Source: Fidelibacterota bacterium (GTDB lineage: Bacteria > Fidelibacterota > UBA8477 > JABMPR01). From it: a stretch of DNA of 64,000 nt. Positions 9,846-17,864 of this stretch are shown in pieces. A program made the position numbers and the translations under genes. A model generated the notes under the pieces. The model ran no database searches and was not told where the DNA came from. It saw nothing but the letters and a program-made list of their open reading frames with translations. The stretch lies in NCBI GenBank assembly GCA_018673925.1, contig JABHBL010000056.1, positions 69,256 to 133,255 on the forward strand. The letters run 5' to 3'. Each line of letters begins with the position of its first letter. Position 1 is the first letter of the stretch.

Positions 9846-10292
9846 TTAACGACCTTTGAGTTGAACGATCTCGTAAGTATAGAAGAATTCATAAAATTCA
9901 TAATCCATCTTTAGTTCGAAATAAAACTCTGTCGAATAACCCGGTTTAAGTGGTTCACGAACCACAAAATTCTGAGAGAGGAGCAATTTTGCGGGGTCGA
10001 GAGGATCTCTTCCTGTATAGTTAATTACAGAGTTTTTATTCATGAGATTTGTATTTCCAGCAGCCCCAGGATTACCTGTGTAAATTTCAAACTCGAAGAT
10101 GGATGAGGTGATATTATGCTCACCGATATTTTGGATTTTTCCTCTGATATAATCCCTCTGCATATTGACCTCAAAGTCGCTGATCTGGACCTGGTTGAAC
10201 TGATCCACTGGGAGAGAATTATCATCCATGATAGAACAATTCATCAAGAGAATTGCTGGTAGACACATTACTATTGATTTAATTCCCCTCAA
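9846..10292 (-). CDS. Hypothetical lipoprotein
   Basis: TTG start. Signal peptide with LLMNC lipobox-like cysteine. No recognised domain. Confidence 0.5.
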   Translation of the reverse strand: MRGIKSIVMCLPAILLMNCSIMDDNSLPVDQFNQVQISDFEVNMQRDYIRGKIQNIGEHNITSSIFEFEIYTGNPGAAGNTNLMNKNSVINYTGRDPLDPAKLLLSQNFVVREPLKPGYSTEFYFELKMDYEFYEFFYTYEIVQLKGR

Positions 10293-10301
10293 AGATCAGC
10301 C

Positions 10302-11312
10302 TCAGGAATCCTTGATTTCTTCGGTTCCATCAGAGTATCTGGAAAATCTACCCTGAGCCACAGGGTTTACAGGGTCATGTCTATCCCATGGCCAGCCTCC
10401 GAATTCTGTTGCTCTGAAATCATCAAAGGCTTTCTGGATTTCAGCCTGTGTGTTCATCACAAAGGGACCATAACGCACGACAGGTTCTCCGATGGGCTTG
10501 CCTTGCAGGAGAAGTAGTCTGGATTGTGTCGAACCATTTTTTATATGGATCTTATCAGAAGTAGAAATCTCAAGAGCATGATATTCTTGGATACTCTGCT
10601 CTGCGATTATTAGCGATTCGCCTTCATAAAAATAGAGGTCTCTATTTACACCTGCCTCACATGCTGGAAGATCAAATTCTGCATCTGCATCCAGGGTGAT
10701 CACCCAGATAACTACCTGGTTGGCGTCTTGGGCAGCCCAGGAATCTGGTGCTGGATCAGGAGCTGAAGTATCTCCAAAGCTTCCGGCAATAATCCGAGAT
10801 TCAATTTTTCTACCTGCTTTATCTTTTGTTTTGAGGATTGGGATTGACTCAGACCAGAGCATTTTGTAGGAAGGCTTAGCCATTTTGGATTTCCCGGGCA
10901 GATTGAGCCAGATTTGAAACAGTTCCATGGGGTTTGGCTGGTCTTCTTTCACCAATGGGAACATCTCAGAATGCTGAAGACCGCTGCCAGCAGTCATCCA
11001 TTGCACATCTCCATCTCCATAGCGACCTGTGGCACCTGCTGAATCATGGTGATCCACAAGTCCTTCAAGTACAACTGTGACGGTTTCAAACCCTCTGTGG
11101 GGGTGGGCTGGGAATCCTGGTATCGAACGACCATGATACATATTCCAACCATCCTTTTGGTCAAAATCCTGACCCATGTTACGACCAGACAGGGATGCTG
11201 CAGGACCCATTTTTCCATCGCCGACAGGATATGCATCATGGTGATGAACACAGAAGAGAAAGGGGTCTCTGGTTTCCCACATAAACCCCAGGGGTTTTAT
11301 ATTTTTAATCAT
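10302..11312 (-). CDS. Pirin-family protein (bicupin)
   Basis: HPHRGFETVTVVLEG...D matches the pirin metal-binding cupin signature. Start moved to the internal ATG (MIKNIKPLGF...), which is preceded by AAGGAAG. Confidence 0.85.
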   Translation of the reverse strand: MIKNIKPLGFMWETRDPFLFCVHHHDAYPVGDGKMGPAASLSGRNMGQDFDQKDGWNMYHGRSIPGFPAHPHRGFETVTVVLEGLVDHHDSAGATGRYGDGDVQWMTAGSGLQHSEMFPLVKEDQPNPMELFQIWLNLPGKSKMAKPSYKMLWSESIPILKTKDKAGRKIESRIIAGSFGDTSAPDPAPDSWAAQDANQVVIWVITLDADAEFDLPACEAGVNRDLYFYEGESLIIAEQSIQEYHALEISTSDKIHIKNGSTQSRLLLLQGKPIGEPVVRYGPFVMNTQAEIQKAFDDFRATEFGGWPWDRHDPVNPVAQGRFSRYSDGTEEIKDS

Positions 11313-11434
11313 TTCAATGTCTTCCTTATATCCCCCGAGATACAAGCCTAGCGGTCTTCAACAATAAACGTTGAAGGTTGAGCAGAAAACTATTCCTGAA
11401 CCCGCCCGAGACAAGCTGGATTTAGGTATGGAAT

Positions 11435-11815
11435 TTATCCATCCTGCTCAGGTTCAGCCCAAACCGCGAATTCGTTTCCATTGGGATCAGAAAAGTGAAA
11501 ACGTCTCCCTCCTGGAAACGAAAATATTGGTTTCATTATCTTACCCTTGGCCTGTTCAACTTTCGCAAGTGTTTCCTCGAGTGTCTCACTAAAAAAGACA
11601 ATCAGGACACTTCCTGAATTCGTTTCGGCTGTCAGGTCTGATTTAAAAAAGCCAACATCGATGCCAGCGTTGGAACAGGCGACGTAATCAGGACCATAAT
11701 CAACAAATGACCATTCAAACACTTCTCCGAAGAATGCTTTGGTTTGCTCCATATCTTTTGCTGGAAATTCCAGATAATTGATTTTTTCATGATTACTCAT
11801 TTGATATCCCTCCAA
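11435..11815 (-). CDS. VOC/glyoxalase-family protein
   Basis: 126 aa. Layout typical of glyoxalase/bleomycin-resistance fold proteins (INYLEFPAKDMEQTKAFF...GGRRFHFSDPNGNEFAVW). Its 5' end overlaps the upstream gene by 23 nt. Confidence 0.75.
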   Translation of the reverse strand: MEGYQMSNHEKINYLEFPAKDMEQTKAFFGEVFEWSFVDYGPDYVACSNAGIDVGFFKSDLTAETNSGSVLIVFFSETLEETLAKVEQAKGKIMKPIFSFPGGRRFHFSDPNGNEFAVWAEPEQDG

Positions 11816-13412
11816 AAGCGACCCCGCTGAGATCAGCCATATCCCGTTTCCAGGTAGTGAGATCTTCTTGATTAAACTGATCTAAGTGGGTATGCCCGCA
11901 GGCTCTGGCCATGACTTGCATCAATTCGGTAGACGCTCTGAAAAAGTTGTTCAGTTGTTGAGCTCCCTTTTCAATTTTGATACGCGCCCTCAACTCAGGC
12001 TTCTGAGTGGCAATACCTACAGGGCAATTGTTGGTATGGCAGGCACGCATCCCGAGACACCCAATAGCCTGGATGGCAGAATTTGAAACTGCAATGGCAT
12101 CGGCACCCAATGCCAGGGCTTTGATAAAATCTGCAGGGAGACGTAAACCACCGGTGATTACCAATGATATGTCCTGGCGTCCTTGCTGATCCAGATAACG
12201 GCGTGCCCGAGAAAGAGCCGGTATGGTCGGCACGGATATATTGTCTCTGAATATCAGCGGTGCTGCACCTGTTCCCCCGCCTCTTCCATCCAGGATGATG
12301 TAATCCACACCAATATCCAGAGCTGCCTTAATATCCTTTTCGATATGCTGAGCAGAGAGCTTTACACCAATTGGTATTCCACCTGTCGCCTCTCTAACCT
12401 CCTCAGCGAACCGTTTATAATCTTCTATGTTTTCCCAGTCTGGGAAACGAGGTGGTGAAATGGCTGGTTCTCCTTCAGCCAGGCCACGAACTTCTGCAAT
12501 CTTGCCCAGTACTTTATTTCCAGGCAGATGACCGCCCGTTCCAGTTTTTGCCCCCTGTCCACACTTAAAGTGAAAGGCCTGACATTTCTGGACCTTATCC
12601 ATGGTGAAGCCAAATCGAGCTGAGGCTAATTCATAAAGATAACGACTATTTGATGCCTGCTCATCTGGAAGCATACCGCCTTCACCTGAGCAAATTCCAG
12701 TCCCAGCCAGCTCTGCCCCTTTTGCCAATGATACCTTAGCCTCTTCAGAGAGAGCGCCAAAACTCATATCGGAGACAAAAAGAGGACGCTCCAGCACCAG
12801 CGGTTTCTCAGCATTGGGACCAATAACTACCTCTGTACCGACCTCAGCATCATCAAGGAGTGGTACTTTATGCAATTGAGCAGTAAGTAATTGTATGTCT
12901 TCCCAATTGGGTAAATCCTGCCTGGGAACCCCCATGGCATCTACACGCCCGTGATGCCCTGTTTCACTAAGTCCCTTTTCGGCCAAATGTTGAATGTATT
13001 GTGCATGCGGTTCTTCAGGAGCACCGTGAACGTCTTGATAGAGCCCTTGATAGGCATCTCGATTATAGGGCTGAGGATTCTGATTCTCCCAGTCTTTAAT
13101 TTCGTCTTCATCAACTAAAACCTGATCATCATCAATCCAGACTGAAAATTTTTGGAGTTTCTCCTCATTATTGTATGCACTCACGCCTGATTTGTAATTG
13201 TAATCCCAATTATGCAAGCCACAGATAAGGTCATTCCCTTGAATATGTCCATCCGATAGGAGTGCACCCCGATGGTGACAGCGGCCATAAAGGACAGAAA
13301 CTTCTTCTCTTTCTGAAAACCGCGTGATGACTAGATCCACATTCCCCACCAATGCATAGGTGGGTTCCAGTGGTTTTAATTCTGAGAAATTAGCAATTGA
13401 AATTTTATGCAT
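11793..13412 (-). CDS. Rieske [2Fe-2S] domain fused to a glutamate-synthase-like FMN domain (GltB domain-2 family)
   Basis: N-terminus carries CHHRG...CGLHNWDY (CxH...CxxH Rieske ligands). Remainder matches the GltS FMN domain (CSGEGGMLPDE, GQGAKTGTGGHLPG, DGRGGGTGAAP). Confidence 0.85.
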   Translation of the reverse strand: MHKISIANFSELKPLEPTYALVGNVDLVITRFSEREEVSVLYGRCHHRGALLSDGHIQGNDLICGLHNWDYNYKSGVSAYNNEEKLQKFSVWIDDDQVLVDEDEIKDWENQNPQPYNRDAYQGLYQDVHGAPEEPHAQYIQHLAEKGLSETGHHGRVDAMGVPRQDLPNWEDIQLLTAQLHKVPLLDDAEVGTEVVIGPNAEKPLVLERPLFVSDMSFGALSEEAKVSLAKGAELAGTGICSGEGGMLPDEQASNSRYLYELASARFGFTMDKVQKCQAFHFKCGQGAKTGTGGHLPGNKVLGKIAEVRGLAEGEPAISPPRFPDWENIEDYKRFAEEVREATGGIPIGVKLSAQHIEKDIKAALDIGVDYIILDGRGGGTGAAPLIFRDNISVPTIPALSRARRYLDQQGRQDISLVITGGLRLPADFIKALALGADAIAVSNSAIQAIGCLGMRACHTNNCPVGIATQKPELRARIKIEKGAQQLNNFFRASTELMQVMARACGHTHLDQFNQEDLTTWKRDMADLSGVAFGGISNE

Positions 13413-13549
13413 ATATCATCCTATTGATTTTGACTACGATTTAAATTGAGACAACTTGTACCAGAAATTACTGGGTCAAGCCTGGTCTGAAACATAAACC
13501 TTAACATACACCAGACCAGTCTGTTTCATGCTCAAAAGCCAGCTCTCCA

Positions 13550-14086
13550 TCATTCCCCATTCTCATTAATTTTTATCATATCGATCCAAGCACTCTTTTT
13601 TAGATTCATTCTCAGAAGGGTCCACTTCTCATCTTCACGGTTTGGGATCGTCTTGTAAATTTTGAAGCCAAACTGCTGGTAACATTGAATCGCCGATTTA
13701 TTAAAAGCGAATACACCCAAATCTAGCTTCGTCAATCCTAATTCGTTGAACGCGAAATGGAGGACCAGCCCTATCATCATTTTGCCACAGCCCTGCCCTC
13801 TATATTGTTTTGGACCAATGAGAACTCTGGCAAGTACTGCACTTTTCTCAACATAATTCACAGCCATGAGTTCGATATGACCAATAGTGGTCCCATCCAA
13901 GAGGGCTTTGAACATAAACTGAGTGGGAGGGTCCGTCCTGGTCATTTCCAGATTGGTCGTGAGTTGCTTTTCATCCAGGGGAAACACGTATTTAGAACCT
14001 GACCACTGTAACAAAAAGTCAGCATCCGCTACCCAGTTGATCAGTCTTTGGATATCTTCTGCTTCAAATTTTTCCAGGGTGATCAT
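13550..14086 (-). CDS. GNAT-family N-acetyltransferase
   Basis: 178 aa. Acetyl-CoA site-like YRGQGCGKMM. C-terminal QQFGFK motif. Confidence 0.8.
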   Translation of the reverse strand: MITLEKFEAEDIQRLINWVADADFLLQWSGSKYVFPLDEKQLTTNLEMTRTDPPTQFMFKALLDGTTIGHIELMAVNYVEKSAVLARVLIGPKQYRGQGCGKMMIGLVLHFAFNELGLTKLDLGVFAFNKSAIQCYQQFGFKIYKTIPNREDEKWTLLRMNLKKSAWIDMIKINENGE

Positions 14087-14244
14087 TTATTATTGTCCTC
14101 AACCTTCAATTATATGAAAATATCTAATCCCAAAATGTTCCCACGCTTACAATCGACGCTAAAACATTCTTTCAGGTTAAACAATAATATATTTTTTGAA
14201 CTTAGGTGTCTTAGAGCTTACAGAAAGCAGGAACGTGAGATCTT

Positions 14245-15414
14245 CTAGAATCCCATTAAGCCGCAACAGCGGCTGCATTGGGGTAAAGTGCCACCCTCTT
14301 TATTCAGGAGGGTTCTGAATTCACGAAAACGGTCATTGTTCCACAATTCAAGTAAGGGGGTTTCCTGAATATTGCCCACTTTGACATCGATATAGTCGCG
14401 ACAGGTCACAACATCACCATTGGGCATGATGTCGATCATCATATAAGGAGCAACACAGGGTCCGAACCCTAGAAAATCCTCGGGCTGTTCATAGTAGGGA
14501 ACGATCTTTTCGGTATCCATAAAAGGAACTGGAAACCAGCCAAAGGGATATTTCTTTTTTGATATCTTTTCAATGGTTTGCTTTACTTGTTCGGCTTTGA
14601 TTGTGGTGTTTTGACCGATATAGGATTTCCAGGTCTCTGCATCCACACCCATTTCTCTCTTAAGAATATCGGCATGTTGTTCACCGATTTCCTGGGTAGT
14701 GAACCAGGATAGATACAGGATAAGACCATCAGGACCCAATTCGGCCACGGTATCAAACATACTCTCGAGATGATCCTGATTGGTATCTGATACTGTTGCA
14801 GAGATCAAGAAATAGGGATCGGGTTTTTTACCACGCTCTTCAAGCAACAATTTGATTCCTCTGGAGGTCTTTTTGAATGTTCCGGGAACGCCTCGGGCTT
14901 GATCATGAATTTCCTCAGGTCCATCCAGCGAACATGTCAGCATATCCCATTTTTGTTCCACTATCTGTTTAGCATTACGCTCCAGTGCCGCTCCATTTGT
15001 GATGACATATACATAGCAGCCCTTCTCTTTCATATATGCAGTTAGTTTAAATAGGTCCTTGTATAGAAGAGCTTCACCACCTGTGATGTAGAAAATTGGT
15101 TTATAATGAGCGGTTTCGTCTACAATTTTTTTGTAGTCCTCAAAGGTCAATTCTGTCAGAAGATGATCACCTCCGCCTTCGTTCATGTAGCCATTGTCAC
15201 CAAACTGTCCACAGATGGCGCAGCGTTGATTGCAACGATTGGTTATTCGTAGACTGATTTGATAAGGAGGACGTCTGGCGACACCTTTGCCTGCTTTTAA
15301 ATCACCATTAACATGAAGATGCTTACGCCAGGCGGCACGGGTGACGACAGGCAAATATTTTAACCTGGGAGCCAGAGCTTTGGCGAACATACCTACAGGG
15401 AGACGACTTAGCAT
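14245..15414 (-). CDS. Radical SAM protein with C-terminal SPASM/Twitch-like Cys cluster
   Basis: CNQRCAICGQ is the CX3CX2C radical SAM cluster, after a ~55-aa N-terminal extension. C-terminus has C-x17-C with G-x4-C (NGDVVTC) and CSRCCG. Confidence 0.85.
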   Translation of the reverse strand: MLSRLPVGMFAKALAPRLKYLPVVTRAAWRKHLHVNGDLKAGKGVARRPPYQISLRITNRCNQRCAICGQFGDNGYMNEGGGDHLLTELTFEDYKKIVDETAHYKPIFYITGGEALLYKDLFKLTAYMKEKGCYVYVITNGAALERNAKQIVEQKWDMLTCSLDGPEEIHDQARGVPGTFKKTSRGIKLLLEERGKKPDPYFLISATVSDTNQDHLESMFDTVAELGPDGLILYLSWFTTQEIGEQHADILKREMGVDAETWKSYIGQNTTIKAEQVKQTIEKISKKKYPFGWFPVPFMDTEKIVPYYEQPEDFLGFGPCVAPYMMIDIMPNGDVVTCRDYIDVKVGNIQETPLLELWNNDRFREFRTLLNKEGGTLPQCSRCCGLMGF

Positions 15415-15657
15415 ATAATGATTCCTAGTCTAAAGCTTTTCAGATTCGTGACAAGAGCCTCCTATATTAGTATTTATCTCAAAAAATCAGATAGTGAGTT
15501 TCATCTTTTTTTAGATTCAAGTCAAAAACTGTAATTGACTGCGTTCAACATTTGCCAAGATTTCTTTCTAATTCTTCATGAATAATACTAGATTACAGAC
15601 CGGCTCAAAAAGAAACCGACTCGAATTGATCATATTTATGTACTTGAGAAATAGACC

Positions 15658-17307
15658 ATGACATATAACTCCTTTTCCCTCTCTGGAAGCATTGTTGATG
15701 TTTTAAATCAACGCATTTTCCCTGGAACCATTCATGTTGAAAATGGCAGAATCACGTCTGTCGCAGAAGAATCAGTTTCAGAAACACATCTTATACTTCC
15801 AGGACTCATCGATGCCCATATTCATATTGAAAGCTCCATGCTGGTGCCCACCGAATTTGCTCGTGCAGCAGTTGTTCATGGCACCGTGGCCACAGTTTCT
15901 GATCCACACGAAATAGCCAATGTTCTCGGGATGCGTGGAGTTGATTTCATGTTGTCCAATGCAGAGCAATCACCTTTTAAATTTCATTTCAGCGCACCTT
16001 CCTGCGTCCCAGCGACTCCCTTTGAAACGGCAGGTGCAGAGTTGTCCGCACCTGAAATAGAAACTCTCTTGCAACGACCAGATATTGTCAGTCTATCAGA
16101 AATGATGAATGTACCTGGAGTTTTGAATGACGCTGAGGATGTGAATGAGAAATTAAGACTCGCCCGCATTGCTGGAAAAGTCGTTGATGGACACGCACCG
16201 GGATTACGAGGTGAAGCGGTTAAGAAGTATGTTGAGGCCGGCATTACAACCGATCATGAATGTTTCAGCCTGGCGGAAGCTTTGGAAAAATTGTCCCTGG
16301 GTATGCAAGTGCAGATTCGGGAAGGATCCGCAGCTCGCAACCTGGATGATCTCATTCCCTTGCTTGATGAGCATTATAAGAATTGTATGCTTTGCAGCGA
16401 TGACAAGCATCCTGATGATCTGGCTGAAGGGCACATAAATGAGATGGTAAAACGAGCCATCGCCGCAGGAATTGATCCACTCAAGGTCTTATGGAGCGCT
16501 TCGGTTACACCGGTAAAAACATATAAACTGGATATTGGTCTCATGCAAACGGGTGATCCGGCAGACCTGATTCTTGTTGACGATTTTGATAATTTTCAGG
16601 TCAAAGCGACTTATATCAATGGTGAACTCATGGCTGAAAATGGCACAACAAAACTGAGTTCTCAGGTCGTTGAGCCAATAAATAAGTTTGAAGCAGCTCT
16701 CCAGACACCCCAGCTCTTTGGAATTAAATCAAGCCAGGACCAAGTACCTGTTATAGATGTTATTGATGGGCAATTGGTCACTAAGAAATATTCGTGGCAC
16801 CCAACATTAAACTCTGATGGCTTCATTGAGCCAAATATTGAGGAAGATATCCTTAAAATCGCCGTTTTAAATCGCTACTCCCTCTCGAAACCCGCTGTTG
16901 CCTTAATTCGAAATTTTGGATTAAAGGAGGGTGCCATTGCCTCATCCGTTGCCCATGATTCCCACAATATTGTTGCTGTAGGAACCTCGAATGAAGATCT
17001 GGCGAAAGCTATGAATCTTATTATCCAGAACCAGGGTGGTATCTCAGCGGTAACCAAGAAGACTGAACATGTCCTCCCCCTACCAGTCGCTGGGATTATG
17101 TCAGATGATGATGCTTTCAGGGTAGGTGTAAGCTATGGTGAAATGGATGACCTTGCCAAGGAGATGGGATCCCAATTGGGTGCTCCCTACATGACACTGT
17201 CCTTTATGGCACTTCTGGTGATTCCTGACATCAAACTCAGTGACAAGGGTCTTTTTGATGGCACAACATTCCAATTCATAGATGCATTTGAATCGAGTGT
17301 GGGATGA
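15658..17307 (+). CDS. ade: Adenine deaminase
   Basis: 549 aa. Amidohydrolase metal site LPGLIDAHIHIESSM. Length and architecture match Ade-type adenine deaminases. Confidence 0.9.
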   Translation: MTYNSFSLSGSIVDVLNQRIFPGTIHVENGRITSVAEESVSETHLILPGLIDAHIHIESSMLVPTEFARAAVVHGTVATVSDPHEIANVLGMRGVDFMLSNAEQSPFKFHFSAPSCVPATPFETAGAELSAPEIETLLQRPDIVSLSEMMNVPGVLNDAEDVNEKLRLARIAGKVVDGHAPGLRGEAVKKYVEAGITTDHECFSLAEALEKLSLGMQVQIREGSAARNLDDLIPLLDEHYKNCMLCSDDKHPDDLAEGHINEMVKRAIAAGIDPLKVLWSASVTPVKTYKLDIGLMQTGDPADLILVDDFDNFQVKATYINGELMAENGTTKLSSQVVEPINKFEAALQTPQLFGIKSSQDQVPVIDVIDGQLVTKKYSWHPTLNSDGFIEPNIEEDILKIAVLNRYSLSKPAVALIRNFGLKEGAIASSVAHDSHNIVAVGTSNEDLAKAMNLIIQNQGGISAVTKKTEHVLPLPVAGIMSDDDAFRVGVSYGEMDDLAKEMGSQLGAPYMTLSFMALLVIPDIKLSDKGLFDGTTFQFIDAFESSVG

Positions 17308-17317
17308 TAGATATGAT

Positions 17318-17350
17318 CTTTTTACAACGAATTTTACGAATGAGACGAAC
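17318..17350. repeat. Left inverted repeat flanking GxxExxY cassette 1 (three ACGAA pentamers at 9-nt period)
   Basis: CTTTTTACAACGAATTTTACGAATGAGACGAAC. Its reverse complement matches 17786-17819 at about 25 of 33 positions, including a perfect 13-mer TTTTACAACGAAT. Confidence 0.8.
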
Positions 17351-17379
17351 TGGGTTTTATAGATAACAGCCCAACTAAC

Positions 17380-17775
17380 ATGAAACCCATCTTATACAAA
17401 GAGCTAACAGATACCATCATCAAGATTGCTATTGAGGTTCAAAAGGAACTTGGCCTCGGCTTTTTCGAACGTGTCTATGAGAATGCCCTGATTATTGCCC
17501 TTCAAGAAGAAGGCTTGGTGGTCGATCAACAGAAACAATTTGATGTCTATTTCCGGGGTCACAACGTCGGTGTTTATATTGCGGATTTATTGGTAGAAGA
17601 GAAAATCATTCTTGAAATTAAGGCAGTTGATAATATTTCCAGGTCACACTATGCTCAACTGATTAATTACCTAAAAGCATCTGACAAAGAAGTTGGCTAT
17701 GTCATTAACTTTGGACGAATTCCACTCCAGTTCAAGCGCCTTGCCAAAACAAACCAAGCTGGTGAGGAGACTTAA
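17380..17775 (+). CDS. GxxExxY-family protein (PD-(D/E)XK nuclease-like fold)
   Basis: 131 aa. Name-giving motif GLGFFERVYENAL. D...E-x-K core (ADLLVEEKIILEIKA). Confidence 0.85.
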   Translation: MKPILYKELTDTIIKIAIEVQKELGLGFFERVYENALIIALQEEGLVVDQQKQFDVYFRGHNVGVYIADLLVEEKIILEIKAVDNISRSHYAQLINYLKASDKEVGYVINFGRIPLQFKRLAKTNQAGEET

Positions 17776-17785
17776 GCAATCATGT

Positions 17786-17819
17786 CTTTCGTTATTTTCG
17801 TCAGATTCGTTGTAAAAGA
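17786..17819. repeat. Right inverted repeat flanking GxxExxY cassette 1 (three TTCGT pentamers at 9-nt period)
   Basis: CTTTCGTTATTTTCGTCAGATTCGTTGTAAAAGA, the inverted partner of 17318-17350. Confidence 0.8.
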
Positions 17820-17864
17820 GAACGCTTTTCTTAAACTCAATTCGGAAAATGATAAATAAATAAT

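Noticed and set aside
10290-10304. The pirin gene ends in TGA (10302-10304) and the downstream lipoprotein ORF (9846-10292) is in the same frame, so this could be a second Sec read-through.
   Set aside because: The 9-nt gap reads GGC TGA TCT and so contains a second in-frame TGA. There is no hairpin downstream. The downstream ORF has its own signal peptide and lipobox, and the pirin C-terminus looks complete. These are two separate genes.
13482-13519. 8-bp inverted repeat CTGGTCTG...CAGACCAG between the GNAT gene and the Rieske-GltS gene.
   Set aside because: The 22-nt loop is large, and there is no U-tract in the orientation of the flanking minus-strand genes. This is not convincing as a terminator or a regulatory element.
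14245-15414. The radical SAM/SPASM protein as the anaerobic sulfatase-maturating enzyme for the sulfatase at 5553-7145.
   Set aside because: anSMEs carry the CX3CX2C cluster within the first ~25 residues and have a full two-cluster SPASM domain. This protein has a 55-aa N-terminal extension and a shortened C-terminal Cys pattern. It also lies 7 kb and eight genes away.
15415-15657. 243-nt divergent spacer upstream of adenine deaminase, checked for a purine or xanthine (NMT1) riboswitch and for a radical-SAM precursor peptide.
   Set aside because: No three-way-junction purine-aptamer consensus was visible. Only trivial ORFs of about 10 aa or fewer exist on either strand. A covariance-model scan would be needed to exclude an RNA element.
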